A stretch of DNA of 64,000 bases from Microbacterium sp. (lineage in GTDB: Bacteria; Actinomycetota; Actinomycetes; Actinomycetales; Microbacteriaceae). The stretch is taken from contig DASQLG010000109.1 in NCBI GenBank assembly GCA_035630115.1, positions 27,600 through 91,599 of the forward strand. Direction: 5' to 3'. Shown here piece after piece: positions 23,549 to 33,875 of this stretch (positions are counted from its first letter, which is position 1; every line of letters begins with the position of its first letter). The position numbers and the translations under genes are program-made. The notes beneath the pieces were generated by a model. It did no database searches and was not told where the DNA came from. It saw nothing but the letters and a program-made list of their open reading frames with translations.

Positions 23549-24562
23549 TCATCGAGAGGCTTCGACCAGCGGCGGCATCGGCCGCCACGCAGCGTCCTTC
23601 GCGATCCGGCGCCCGTCCCGGATGCCGCGGAAGAGGTTGCTGGTGCCCCGGACGGTGCGCTCGACGGCGAGCAGGCGGATGAGCTCCTTGGCGAACGTGA
23701 GCGCCGTTCCGGCGCCGAACAGCACCGGGTTGTAGACGCCGAGCGAGCGGTAGTAGTTCTTCATGTGCCCGCGGTTGCGCATGATGTAGTACCGGTACGC
23801 ATTGCTCGAGGCGTTCATATGACGGATGCCCATGTCCCACTGCTTGATCTCGCGGGTGCGCCGCAGCACGAATTCGTTCACGATCACCGACGTGGTCTTG
23901 CGGGAGGCGAGCCAGCCGTACATCTGGTCGTCCCAGTAGATGAAGAAGCGGGGGTCGGGCAGGCCGATCTGCTGGACGATGTCGCGGTGGATGAACATGC
24001 CCTCGAAGCAGCCTGAGTTCATCGGCTTGTAGCCCGATGCGTCGAAGCCGGCGGGGGCGAAGGGGATCGGGATGCCGAGGGGCTCGGCGACGCGGTACTG
24101 CCAGTAGAACTCGCTGCCGTCGTAGTCGTAGCGGCGGCCCTGGATGCTCTTGAACCGCGGTGCCCACGCCCCCATGCGCGCCAGGCCGTTCGGGAGCACC
24201 TCGACGTCGTCGTCCATGAGCCAGATCCACGTCGAGCCGAGCTCGTAGGCGGTCCGCATGCCCTCGCTGAATCCACCGGATCCGCCGGTGTTGGTCTCGA
24301 GGCGTCGGTACACCAGCTGCGTGCCGAGGCGATCGCGGAAGGACTCGACGAGCTCGGTGGTGTCGTCGACCGACGCGTTGTCGATGATCACCACGCGACC
24401 GGGCTTCGGGTCCATCACCGCGATGCTCTCGAGCAGGCGCGCGAGCAGCGCCGACCGGTTGTAGGTCACGATCGCGATGGTGGCGCTCGCAGGATCGAAC
24501 GGCGCGGGGGTTTCGGAGGGAGTCGTCGACGTCATCTGGGGGCTGTCGGCTATACGGGGCAT
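23549..24562 (-). CDS. GT2 glycosyltransferase, GlfT1-like (possible galactofuranosyltransferase)
   Basis: IVTYNR, IDNAS.D, NTGGSGGF, WIWLMDDD, PDPRFFIYWDD, YYIMRN; glf lies in the same locus. Confidence 0.8.
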   Translation of the reverse strand: MPRIADSPQMTSTTPSETPAPFDPASATIAIVTYNRSALLARLLESIAVMDPKPGRVVIIDNASVDDTTELVESFRDRLGTQLVYRRLETNTGGSGGFSEGMRTAYELGSTWIWLMDDDVEVLPNGLARMGAWAPRFKSIQGRRYDYDGSEFYWQYRVAEPLGIPIPFAPAGFDASGYKPMNSGCFEGMFIHRDIVQQIGLPDPRFFIYWDDQMYGWLASRKTTSVIVNEFVLRRTREIKQWDMGIRHMNASSNAYRYYIMRNRGHMKNYYRSLGVYNPVLFGAGTALTFAKELIRLLAVERTVRGTSNLFRGIRDGRRIAKDAAWRPMPPLVEASR

Positions 24563-24574
24563 GGCCTCAGCATC

Positions 24575-25906
24575 CTACCGCGAGCCGATCGGACCTTCCT
24601 GGACGTGCGGCAGCTCGGGTCCGCCCTCGCTCGCGTCGATCCGCTCCCGCCACGAGCGCGACTGCCCGGCGCGCACCGCGCACAGCACCAGCAGCAGCCA
24701 GCCGAAGCCGAACAGGGTGAAGCTCTCGAACATCGAGTCCACGAGCAGCGTCACCAGCACGAGGGGTGTCCAGGCGTAGATGACCGAGCGGCGCTCGCTC
24801 GCGTCGAGCCACGAGCGCACCAGGGCGACACCGGCGAATGCCGTGAACAGCAGCAGGCCCATCCAGCCGAGCTGCAGCAGCACGTCGAAGTAGGCGTTCA
24901 AGCCGGTCGCGTGGCTCGTGCGCAATCCGTAGTTGATCGCGCTGAAGGGGAATTCGCCCTGGTCCCACGGGCCGAACCAGCCCCAGCCCTGCACCGGCTT
25001 TGAGCGCAGGAAGTCGACCATCGTGTTCCAGAGGTTCACCCGCATGGAGAAGTCGGATCCGGCTCCGAGGAACGCGATGATCGGATGCCGCGCCGCATAG
25101 CCGATCGCCAGCCCGGCCACCACGATGCCCCCCAGCGTCCACTGCAGCGCCGAGCGTCCCTCCGGACGCGCGTGGCGCACGAGCGCGAGAGCGCCGACCG
25201 CGAGCCCGACCGCGACCGCGAGCACCAGCACGGTGGGGGAGTCGCTCAGCGCGGCGAGTCCGCCGGCGATCACGACGGAGTACACCGACAGTCCTACGCG
25301 AACCGACTGCGTGCGGTACTCGATGAGGAAGGTGATCAGCGCGATCACCGCGACGAAGCCGAGCAGATTGCGGGTGCCGAAGATGCCCTGGATCGGGCCC
25401 AGCTGGGCGATGTTGCCCTGGATGCCGAGGAAGCGGAACGGCATGTCGAGCAGGATCCCCGTGACGATCTCCACCCCGAGGGAGATCGACAGCAGGACGC
25501 GCAGGACATCGCCGAGGGCTCGGGCGGTCTGCAGCGTGTCGCGCACGTGGCCGATCGTCACGGCGAGGAAGGCCAGGGCCGCGGTGGACATCCAGCTCCA
25601 GAACGAGCCGGTCGCGTCCTGACTCCAGAACACGCTGACCAGCGCCCATCCGACGAACAGCACCACCGTCGTCGGAACGAGGCGAACGAGCGAGATCTCG
25701 CGCCGTCGGGCGATCAGCATCCCCATGCCGATCACGCACAGACCGACGATGATCGAGACGTACGTGACGCGACCGGCGATCTTCTCGATCGCGAACGCCG
25801 CGAACACGGCGCCGAGGACGGCGATCGTGTACGACCGCGCGAGCGCGGCCGATGCCAGGAGGGCGATCCACTGCGGCGGCGAAGCGCTGGAAGGCGAGTC
25901 CGTCAC
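24575..25906 (-). CDS. O-antigen ligase/Wzy_C-like membrane protein
   Basis: About 12 TMs, IQGIFGTRNLLG, R..LW, PVQGWGW, NAYFDVLLQLGWMG. Confidence 0.8.
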   Translation of the reverse strand: MTDSPSSASPPQWIALLASAALARSYTIAVLGAVFAAFAIEKIAGRVTYVSIIVGLCVIGMGMLIARRREISLVRLVPTTVVLFVGWALVSVFWSQDATGSFWSWMSTAALAFLAVTIGHVRDTLQTARALGDVLRVLLSISLGVEIVTGILLDMPFRFLGIQGNIAQLGPIQGIFGTRNLLGFVAVIALITFLIEYRTQSVRVGLSVYSVVIAGGLAALSDSPTVLVLAVAVGLAVGALALVRHARPEGRSALQWTLGGIVVAGLAIGYAARHPIIAFLGAGSDFSMRVNLWNTMVDFLRSKPVQGWGWFGPWDQGEFPFSAINYGLRTSHATGLNAYFDVLLQLGWMGLLLFTAFAGVALVRSWLDASERRSVIYAWTPLVLVTLLVDSMFESFTLFGFGWLLLVLCAVRAGQSRSWRERIDASEGGPELPHVQEGPIGSR

Positions 25907-27306
25907 GATGCCCGCGTGGTCAGCTCGCCACGCTCGATCGCGATGCGCATCTCCGCGGCGCCCTCACCGATGTGGGGGGACTGCTTTATCTTGAACGCGA
26001 GCATGACGACGAACAGCCAGCCCCACAGGAGCAGCGGGCTGGATTCGGCGAACCCCTGAACGAGCAGGATCGCCCCCACCAGCGTCGGCAGCAGCGTGAG
26101 CGGCGAGTAGGGGCGATCCGCGCGCAGGTCCCAGCGGGGTCGGTCGACGGCGAAGAACCACGACCGCCAGATGTAGGCGAAGTAGACCATGGCCATGATG
26201 AACACGCCGATGAGGCCCAACTGGAGGAACACGTCGATCCACATGCTGTGCGCCTGCATGACCGTCTGGCCGTGGTCGATGATCCATCCGTCGAACGCCG
26301 GGTCCCCGGTGATCCACGGGGTCGAGTAGCCCCACCCGATGAGCGGATGCTGCCACGCCCGCTCCAGCACCGCATCCCAGATCGCCTCCCGCCCCGTCAG
26401 ATCGGAGCTGCGGCCGAGGGACGTGAAGATCCAGTCCCGCAGCAGCCAGAACGCCAGCGCGCCGCCGATGCCGACGGCGGCGTACGCGAGGTAGTACCGG
26501 GAGCGCTCGCCGGGTCTGCGCGCGCGCCGCATGAGCAGAACGGTCACGAGCACCACGGCCACCGCGATCGCGGCGACGTACGCGGTCGCCGAGGACGCGC
26601 GGTAGAACAGGTACGCGGACAGGCCGATCCACACGCCGAGCAGCATGCGGCGCGGCGCACCGGCGGCGAAGCGGATCGCGAACACGATGATAGCCAGGAG
26701 CGCCACGGGACCGAGCAGGTTCGCGTTGCCCATGATCCCCTGGATGCGTCCGCCGTCGAACAGGTTGTCGCGTGACCAGTACACGATGGGGTCGTCGGCC
26801 GGTTCGCTGGGAATGACGAAGCCGGGCAGGATCGGCCCTCCGAGGAAGATCGAGACCCACAGCTCGAACACCAGCGACAGGGCCATGACCCACTTCAGCG
26901 CCGACGCGATCGCACGCACGAGCTCCCGCCAGGTCAGGACGCCGCCGATGAACAGGCCCTGCAGGGTGGTGATCACCAGCAGGAGCAGGGTCAGGGCGGT
27001 GGCCTCGCGCCACTGCGACCAGATGATCGACAGCGTCGCCCACACGACGTACCAGATCGTGAACCACGGCAGGCGCCGCCACTGGACGGGCGGCCGGACG
27101 GCGAACCAGAGGCCCAGCGAGAGCACGCCGCCGCCGATCGTGATGACCGCCGTCGGAAGCTCGCCGATCGCGTTGATCCATGCGGTGCCCGACAGAGCCG
27201 TGAACAGCACGAACACGCACCAGCCACGCAGCAGGAGGTGCCCCGTCTTCTCGCGGACCGGGGCAGCCGGAGGCGCCGCCGCCGGGTGCTTCGAATAGAC
27301 GGCCAT
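25903..27306 (-). CDS. O-antigen ligase/Wzy_C-like membrane protein
   Basis: RIQGIMGNANLLG, LTGREAIW, PLIGWGY, QAHSMWIDVFLQLGLIG; ATG at 27306. Confidence 0.85.
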   Translation of the reverse strand: MAVYSKHPAAAPPAAPVREKTGHLLLRGWCVFVLFTALSGTAWINAIGELPTAVITIGGGVLSLGLWFAVRPPVQWRRLPWFTIWYVVWATLSIIWSQWREATALTLLLLVITTLQGLFIGGVLTWRELVRAIASALKWVMALSLVFELWVSIFLGGPILPGFVIPSEPADDPIVYWSRDNLFDGGRIQGIMGNANLLGPVALLAIIVFAIRFAAGAPRRMLLGVWIGLSAYLFYRASSATAYVAAIAVAVVLVTVLLMRRARRPGERSRYYLAYAAVGIGGALAFWLLRDWIFTSLGRSSDLTGREAIWDAVLERAWQHPLIGWGYSTPWITGDPAFDGWIIDHGQTVMQAHSMWIDVFLQLGLIGVFIMAMVYFAYIWRSWFFAVDRPRWDLRADRPYSPLTLLPTLVGAILLVQGFAESSPLLLWGWLFVVMLAFKIKQSPHIGEGAAEMRIAIERGELTTRAS

Positions 27307-27348
27307 CGTGAGATCAGGGTACCGCGTGAGCACCCCTAGCCTTGAGGC

Positions 27349-28530
27349 ATGCTCACCTCTGTGACGAACACGCCCCGGGACTACGAGTGGGGCTCCACCG
27401 AGCTGCTGGCCGACCTCGAGGGCCGGCCCGCTTCCGGAGCCCGCGAAGCCGAAATCTGGTTCGGCGACCACCCGAGCTGCCCTGCGATCGTGCCCGATGG
27501 GCGAACGCTCGGCGCGTGGCTGGCGGAGGAGGGATCCGATGCCGGCGCCCCGGCGCGGCTGCCCTTTCTGCTGAAGCTCCTTGCGGCGGCATCCTCCCTC
27601 TCCATCCAGGCCCACCCGTCACGCGCCCAGGCGATCGAGGCGTTCGCCCGCGAAGAGGCCGCCGGAATCCCGCGCGATGCGCCGGACCGGACCTACCGCG
27701 ACGAGAACCACAAGCCCGAGCTCATCGTCGCGGTGAGCGACACCTTCACCGCGCTCGCCGGGATCCGCGATCTCGCCGCGACACGGCGTCTGCTCGCGCT
27801 GCTCGGGACGGGCGGCACCGCGCTGGCGGCACGCCTGTCGGGGGCGGATGCCGCGACCTCTGTCCGCGATGCGATCGCGTGGCTGCTCTCGGGTGAGGCG
27901 GCCGGTGACATCGCGGCGATCGTCGCGGCGGCGGGCGGCGCCGAGTCGGACGAGTTCACCGCCGAACTCGCCCTCGTGCGCACGCTCGCGGAGGACTTCC
28001 CGGGTGATCCCGGGCTGGGGGTGGCGCTGCTGATGAATCTCGTCGTCCTCCGCCGTGGAGAGGGACTGTTCGTGCCGGCGGGGGTGCTCCACGCCTACCA
28101 GGAAGGTCTCGGCGTCGAGATCATGGCGGCGAGCGACAACGTGCTGCGCGGGGGACTGACGCCCAAGCACGTCGACGTGCGGGAGCTGCTGAGCGTGCTG
28201 GACCCGACCCCCGGACCGGTGCCGGTTCTCCGTCCCGCCGAGGCGGGCGGCATCGTGCGCTTCGCCCCCGACGTGCCCGACTTCGCCCTCACGAAGGTCT
28301 CGGTGGGCGATCAGGAGGACATCGTGCTGCCGATCGGCTCCGCTGCGATCGTGCTGGCCACGGCCGGTGCGGTGACGGCGCGCGGCGCCCGGTCAGGTCA
28401 GGGAGTCGGGCTCCAGCCGGGGCGAGCGGTGCTGGTCACCCCCGACGAGTCCGAGCTGACCCTCACCGGCGCGGGCGAGGCGTTCATCGCCCAGCCGGGC
28501 GCCGGCTGGGTCGCCGTATCCGCATCGTGA
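27349..28530 (+). CDS. manA: Mannose-6-phosphate isomerase class I
   Basis: YEWGS, AEIWFGDHP, LPFLLK, LSIQAHP, NHKPE, HAY..G.GVEIMAASDNVLRGGLTPKH. Confidence 0.96.
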   Translation: MLTSVTNTPRDYEWGSTELLADLEGRPASGAREAEIWFGDHPSCPAIVPDGRTLGAWLAEEGSDAGAPARLPFLLKLLAAASSLSIQAHPSRAQAIEAFAREEAAGIPRDAPDRTYRDENHKPELIVAVSDTFTALAGIRDLAATRRLLALLGTGGTALAARLSGADAATSVRDAIAWLLSGEAAGDIAAIVAAAGGAESDEFTAELALVRTLAEDFPGDPGLGVALLMNLVVLRRGEGLFVPAGVLHAYQEGLGVEIMAASDNVLRGGLTPKHVDVRELLSVLDPTPGPVPVLRPAEAGGIVRFAPDVPDFALTKVSVGDQEDIVLPIGSAAIVLATAGAVTARGARSGQGVGLQPGRAVLVTPDESELTLTGAGEAFIAQPGAGWVAVSAS

Positions 28531-28598
28531 TCTGGGGCGACACGCCGACGGCGCGTCGTAAACGTTCAAGCGCGGGGTGAGGCTTTACGATCTGCGAC

Positions 28599-28629
28599 TT
28601 GACCCTGACGAACTACACCGGTGTAATTA
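28599..28629 (+). promoter_or_regulatory. Putative whiB promoter containing a 12-bp palindrome
   Basis: TTGACC (28599-28604), 17 nt, TGTAAT (28622-28627); perfect palindrome TACACCGGTGTA at 28614-28625. Confidence 0.55.
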
Positions 28630-28673
28630 CTCCTACACGCGAACCAGCGTGGGGGTAGAAGGTGGGAGACGAG

Positions 28674-28994
28674 ATGACGGGTTACCGTTCCGGCGTTCCC
28701 GACAATTGGTTCGTCGATCCGGTCCAGCTAGGGGTTCCGGGGGTGCGTCGTCCTCTGGAGGGGGAAGACGGCAATCCACTCGGGTGGCAGACCGATGCGC
28801 TGTGCGCGCAGACAGATCCGGAGGCGTTCTTCCCAGAGAAGGGCGGCTCCACACGCGACGCGAAGAAGATCTGCACAACCTGCGATGTTCGGGGCGAATG
28901 CCTCGAGTACGCGCTGCAGAACGACGAGCGCTTCGGGATCTGGGGCGGGCTCAGCGAGCGCGAGCGTCGGAAACTCAAGCGTCGCGCGAGCTGA
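28674..28994 (+). CDS. whiB: WhiB-family Fe-S transcription factor (WhiB2/WhmD type)
   Basis: ALCAQTDPEAFFPEKGGSTRDAKKICTTCDVRGECLEYAL..ERFGIWGGLSERERR. Confidence 0.96.
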   Translation: MTGYRSGVPDNWFVDPVQLGVPGVRRPLEGEDGNPLGWQTDALCAQTDPEAFFPEKGGSTRDAKKICTTCDVRGECLEYALQNDERFGIWGGLSERERRKLKRRAS

Positions 28995-29098
28995 CGCTGA
29001 CAGGACCGCGACGGCGGGCCGGCGTGCGGCATCCGTTCCCGCAAACAGCGGCGCGTGCGCCGGGTAGGGGATTGTCGGCCGCCTAGGCTGACCACGTC

Positions 29099-31942
29099 AT
29101 GCCCGCCCGAGTCCACGCCATCCTCGTCGTGCGCCCCGATGGGCGCACACCGGCCGCACATCACCTGCGGCGCACTCTGGCGGGCCTGGCTGACCAGACC
29201 AGACGCATCGATGCGCTCACGATCGTGGTGTGCGGCGACCACGAAGGTGTCGCGGCGGTGGCGGCGGCATCCGATGCGGAGTCGGTGATCACGGCCCCCG
29301 CGTCGACGGGCTTCGCGGCGGCGACGGCGATGGCCACGCTACGACTTTCCGGCGACGCCGTGTGGCTGCTCGCGCAGGACACCGCGCCGGAACCCGAGGC
29401 GCTCGCCCGGCTCGTCGGTGCGCTCGAGCTGGGTCCGTCCGTGGCGTTCGTGGCCCCCAAGCTCGTGCGGTGGGACGACCGCACCGAGATCGTCTCGCTC
29501 GGGGTCAGCATGACCGCGCTCGGACGCACGGTCGGCCTTGCCGACGACGAATTGGACCAAGGCCAGCACGACGCCAGGGAGGACGTGCTCGGCGCCGATA
29601 TCCGCGGCGTCCTGGCCAGGACCGATGCGTGGCGGGAGCTGAACGGCATCGACCCCGCGCTGGTGGGCGCCGACGAGGGCCTCGACCTCGGCGTGCGGGC
29701 GCGCCTGACCGGCGCCCGCGTGCTGCTGGTGCCGACCGCGCTGGTGGCGGTGTCCGGAGACGGTGTCGCCGGGCTCCCCTCGCCGCTGACGGGCGTGCGA
29801 CGCCGGCGCCGGGCGTTCGCGTCCCGTACCGCCCAGCTGCACCGCCGCCTCGCCTACGCGGCGCCGCCCGCGGCGCCGTTCCTCTGGCTGGCGATCCTGC
29901 CCACCGCCCTCTGGCGAACCGTGCTGCAGATCGTGCGGAAGCAGCCGGGGCTGGTGCTGCCCGAATGGGGCGCGGCCGTCGTCGCCATGGTGCGCCTGCC
30001 CTCGGTCGTCCGCTCCCGCTCCCGCATCCGTTCGTCGCGGACGACGGGCTGGACCCAGCTCGCGCCGCTGCGCGTCTCGCAGCGGGAGCTCCGCGAACAG
30101 CTCGAGGACGACGCCGACTCCGCCACGCCCGCGCGACGCGGCGACCTCAGGTTCTTCACCGGCGGCGGGGCGTGGCTCGCGTTGGGCTCGCTGGCCGCCT
30201 CCATCGCAGCCTTCCCGGCCCTGGCGGCCTGGGCCGTCCTGGGCGGCGGCGGTCTCCAGCCGCTCTCGGCGGACGCCGCGCTGCTCTGGGCGCACGCCGC
30301 CTACGGGCTGCGGGCGTCCGGCCTCGACACGATCGGCCCGGCCGATCCTTTCGCCGTCGTGCTCGCGCTGCTGGGCACCACGTGGCCGATCGAGCCGTCG
30401 CGCGCGCTCGTGATCCTGTGGCTTCTCGCGCTGCCGCTGGCTGCCCTCGGCGGCTGGTTCGCGGCCACCCGCGTGACGGACCGGTCGCTGCTGCGCTTCG
30501 CCGGCGGCGTGATCTGGGCGCTCGCGCCGACCCTTCTGGCCGCGATCACCCAGGGCCGTCCGAGTGCGGTGATGGCCCACCTCCTGCTCCCGTGGCTGTT
30601 CTACGCCGGCTCCGTCGCCCATCGGTCGTGGGTCGCCGCCGGGGCGGCATCCCTCCTGTTCGCCGCCGTCGTCGCCTGCGCGCCGTCCGTCGCGCCCGCG
30701 CTCGCCGTGGTCTGGATCGGCGCGATCGTGCTCGCGGTCGTCCTCCGCGGGGGCCGGGGCCTCGCGCGACTCATCTGGATCGTCGTTCCGGGTGTGCTGA
30801 TGGCCGCGCCGCTGGTCTGGTACCAGCTGCGGTCGGGCAACGGGTGGGGCCTGCTGGCCGACCCCGGCTTGACGTGGCCGGGCGCCCAGGCCGGCGCCGA
30901 TGCAGCGGGGCGGGCGCTGCTGGCCGCCGGTATCCCGACCCCCGACCTGATCGGCTGGGTCGGACTCCTGCCCGGGCCCACGTGGTGGGTGCCGCTCCTC
31001 GCTGCGCCGGTCGCCCTCCTGGCGCTGATGGCGCCGCTCACCCAGCGCTGGGCGGCCGGCATCGCCCTCCTGGTGATCGCGGCGCTCGGGGTGGCGACCG
31101 CGTTCGCCGCCGTCGGCGTGTCCGTGGCGTTCGCGCAGTCGCTCGCCGTGCCCCTCTGGCCCGGCGCCGGCCTGAGCCTGGCGTGGCTCGGAGCCCTCGG
31201 CGGAGCGCTCGTGGCTCTCGACATCGGTCTGGCGCCCCGCGTGGCCGCCGCGCGCACCGTCGCCGCGCTGACCGTCATGCTGGCGCTGGCCGTGCTGGCG
31301 ATGCCCGCGCTGACCTCGATGGCGAGGGGGACCTCGCTGCTGACGAACGGGCCGGCGAGCACCCTGCCGGCGTACGTGAGCGCCGCCGGTCGAGAGGATC
31401 CCGATGTCGGGACCATCGTTCTGACGCCCCAGAACGACGGGGGTGTGTCGTCGCGGATCGTCTGGGGCGGGAGCGAGACCTTGGACGGGCAGGCGACGAT
31501 CATCTCGTCGCGCACCGCTGAGACCGCCGCGGACCGGGAGGTCGCGACGGTCACCGCCAATCTGGTGACCTCCGCCGCGGACGACGTCGTCGGCGACCTC
31601 GCCTCGCTCGGTGTGAGCTTCGTGCTGTTGGCGCCCGCCGCGCAACCCGAGTCCGAGGGCGCCCGGGCGTTCCGGCTCTCGGCGGGGACGGCGCTGGATC
31701 AGCGCGACGGGCTCGATGCGGTCGGGGTGACCGACAAGGGCGTGCTGTGGCGGGTGACGCAGGAGGTCGAGCCGAGGGCGACCGCACCGGCATCCGCGCG
31801 CGATCTGGCCAGGTCGATCGCCTTCCTCCAGATCACCGCCGTCGTGGTGGCGCTGCTGCTGGCGATCCCCACGGCCGCGTCTCGACGCGAGGCCCGACGC
31901 AGTGCCCGGGTCGTCGGGCCGCACTGGCAGGAGGGCCGATGA
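29099..31942 (+). CDS. Large membrane protein with an N-terminal GT2-like domain
   Basis: VHAILVV, WLLAQD, PKLV.WD, DQGQHD, then many TMs; conserved position after whiB. Confidence 0.8.
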   Translation: MPARVHAILVVRPDGRTPAAHHLRRTLAGLADQTRRIDALTIVVCGDHEGVAAVAAASDAESVITAPASTGFAAATAMATLRLSGDAVWLLAQDTAPEPEALARLVGALELGPSVAFVAPKLVRWDDRTEIVSLGVSMTALGRTVGLADDELDQGQHDAREDVLGADIRGVLARTDAWRELNGIDPALVGADEGLDLGVRARLTGARVLLVPTALVAVSGDGVAGLPSPLTGVRRRRRAFASRTAQLHRRLAYAAPPAAPFLWLAILPTALWRTVLQIVRKQPGLVLPEWGAAVVAMVRLPSVVRSRSRIRSSRTTGWTQLAPLRVSQRELREQLEDDADSATPARRGDLRFFTGGGAWLALGSLAASIAAFPALAAWAVLGGGGLQPLSADAALLWAHAAYGLRASGLDTIGPADPFAVVLALLGTTWPIEPSRALVILWLLALPLAALGGWFAATRVTDRSLLRFAGGVIWALAPTLLAAITQGRPSAVMAHLLLPWLFYAGSVAHRSWVAAGAASLLFAAVVACAPSVAPALAVVWIGAIVLAVVLRGGRGLARLIWIVVPGVLMAAPLVWYQLRSGNGWGLLADPGLTWPGAQAGADAAGRALLAAGIPTPDLIGWVGLLPGPTWWVPLLAAPVALLALMAPLTQRWAAGIALLVIAALGVATAFAAVGVSVAFAQSLAVPLWPGAGLSLAWLGALGGALVALDIGLAPRVAAARTVAALTVMLALAVLAMPALTSMARGTSLLTNGPASTLPAYVSAAGREDPDVGTIVLTPQNDGGVSSRIVWGGSETLDGQATIISSRTAETAADREVATVTANLVTSAADDVVGDLASLGVSFVLLAPAAQPESEGARAFRLSAGTALDQRDGLDAVGVTDKGVLWRVTQEVEPRATAPASARDLARSIAFLQITAVVVALLLAIPTAASRREARRSARVVGPHWQEGR

Positions 31943-33357
31943 CCGATCGCCGTGTGTTCCGCTGGGCCACCACCAGCGCGCGCCTGCTGGCCGGCACGCT
32001 CGTCGCGGTGGCGTTCGTGGTCGCGGTCGTGACGGCCGTCTCGGTGCCGTGGCCGACCGTGGCACGCCAGCCGGTCGCCGTCGCTGCCACTCCGGCGCCC
32101 TCCGCCAGCGTGCTCGTGTGCACCGGGGGTCTGCTGGCGCTCGGCCGTGAGACCGAGGACGTCAGTCGCATCGTGACCGCCGCTGCGCAGACCGTGACCA
32201 GCGGGGTGACTGCCGGCGCCCCGGCACCGTCGACTCTGCCCCTGACCCCGCCCACGCCCGACGGCACCGACCCGGCGGTCTCGGTGATCGCCGAACCCGT
32301 CGACGGCGCGCACGCGGATCTCGCCGCATCCGGGTCCTCCACGGTCAGCGCGGACGACCTGCGCGGCTTCGCGGCCTCGGCATGCCGCCCCGCCCTCATG
32401 GAGTCGTGGCTCGTCGGCGGCTCCGCCACGACCGGTGCGGCGGATGTGGTGCTGCTCGCCAACCCGGGCACAGTCCCGGCCACGGTGCAGCTCACCGTGT
32501 ACGGGGCGAGTGGTCCGGAGGTTCCCGCGGGCGGCAGTGATCTGGTCGTGGCCCCTGGGGAGCAGCTCGTCGTGCCGCTGGCGGGCCTTCTGCTGGGCGA
32601 GGAGAGTCCGGTCATCCGCGTCACGGCCGCCGGTGCGCCGGTGCAGGCCGCGCTGCAGGCGAGCATCACGCGCACCCTGCTGCCCGGCGGCGTGGACCAG
32701 GTCGGTGCGATCGCGGTCTCCGATCCGGTGCAGACCGTCCCCGGTGTCACTGTGACGCAGAATCCGGGTGCCGAGGGTGCGTCGGATGCTGCGACCGTGG
32801 TGCGCATCCTCGCGGCGAACGCCGACACGACGGCGACGGTCACGGCGGCGCCGATCGGCGCGTCGCAGCAGTCGTCGGCTCCGATCACGGTGCCGCTCGC
32901 GGCGGGGGTGCCGACCGAGGTCGAACTGGGCGGTCTTGCGGTGGGTCAGTACACGATCGAGGTCTCCGCCGGCGCGCCGGTGCTGGCGGCGGTCTGGCAG
33001 ACGACCGGATTCGGCGAGGGATCGGACTTCGCGTGGTACACCTCGGCTCCGCCCGTGGAAGCGCCGAGTCTGTTCGCCACCCCTCCCGGGCCGGTGCCCG
33101 TGCTCACGCTGGCCAATCCCACCGGCGAACCCCTGACGGTCGCCGTCGACGCAGTGGACGGATCGTTCACGACGGACGTGACGGTCGCGCCCGGGTCGAG
33201 CGCGAACGTGCGACTGACGGCGCGGACCGTGTACCTGCTGGATGCCGGGGGTGGCGGCATCCGCGCCGGCGTCTCGCAAAGCGGCGACGGAGCGCTCGCG
33301 GGCTTCCCGGTGTGGTCATCGGATGCCGCGGCCCAGCAGATCACGGTCTACCCGTGA
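31939..33357 (+). CDS. DUF5719-like secreted/membrane-anchored protein
   Basis: N-terminal TM, DDLRGFAASAC, WLVGGSATTG, LLANPG; ATGA overlap with the upstream gene. Confidence 0.75.
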   Translation: MTDRRVFRWATTSARLLAGTLVAVAFVVAVVTAVSVPWPTVARQPVAVAATPAPSASVLVCTGGLLALGRETEDVSRIVTAAAQTVTSGVTAGAPAPSTLPLTPPTPDGTDPAVSVIAEPVDGAHADLAASGSSTVSADDLRGFAASACRPALMESWLVGGSATTGAADVVLLANPGTVPATVQLTVYGASGPEVPAGGSDLVVAPGEQLVVPLAGLLLGEESPVIRVTAAGAPVQAALQASITRTLLPGGVDQVGAIAVSDPVQTVPGVTVTQNPGAEGASDAATVVRILAANADTTATVTAAPIGASQQSSAPITVPLAAGVPTEVELGGLAVGQYTIEVSAGAPVLAAVWQTTGFGEGSDFAWYTSAPPVEAPSLFATPPGPVPVLTLANPTGEPLTVAVDAVDGSFTTDVTVAPGSSANVRLTARTVYLLDAGGGGIRAGVSQSGDGALAGFPVWSSDAAAQQITVYP

Positions 33358-33360
33358 CCG

Positions 33361-33801
33361 CTAGAAGAATCTGAATCTCTCCGGCCCCAGGTCCCACGGG
33401 TCGCGGTCGAGGTACTCGGCCGCGGCACGGAACACGCTGCTCTCGACCATCATCCGCCGGTGCAGGTCATCGTCGCGGTGCAGGTGGCTCAGGCGCTCGA
33501 TCGGCAGACGGTAGAGGATGATCCGCTTCTCGTCGGTGAGTGCACGCCACCGGGGGATGCCGTCGTCATCGGCCGTGGGCGGCATGTCGCCGACTTCGAA
33601 GCTGACGTCGCGCAGTTCGGGCCACGCCGAACGGAGGAACTCCGCAGCGGTGCCGACCGCGAGGTCGAACCGATCGACGCGGGTCTCGAGCGGTGGCAGA
33701 GGCGGCCGCACGATGGGGCTGCGGCCCTCGCGGCCGTGGCGGCCGTGGCGGGTCGGGCGTCGGGGCGGCGACGCCGTCTCCCTGCTCCTGCGCCACGCCA
33801 T
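33361..33801 (-). CDS. Zincin_1-like small protein lacking HExxH
   Basis: RHGRHGR, FDLAV, IILYRLPIER, AAEYLDRDPWDL; divergent from DUF3499 as in other actinobacteria. Confidence 0.7.
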   Translation of the reverse strand: MAWRRSRETASPPRRPTRHGRHGREGRSPIVRPPLPPLETRVDRFDLAVGTAAEFLRSAWPELRDVSFEVGDMPPTADDDGIPRWRALTDEKRIILYRLPIERLSHLHRDDDLHRRMMVESSVFRAAAEYLDRDPWDLGPERFRFF

Positions 33802-33875
33802 GCGTCCCATCCTAGGATCACCCTCCTGGGCGCGGCACCGCGCCGATCGCACGACGGCTGGATAGCGTGGAGCCG

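Noticed and set aside
29339-32065. 908-aa antisense ORF and other long overlapping ORFs (29230-31521, 6556-8424, 61286-63370, 39867-41819, 35798-37735)
   Set aside because: Shadow ORFs from high GC3 codon bias; they are Arg/Gly/Pro-rich or mirror recognisable genes and have no motifs.
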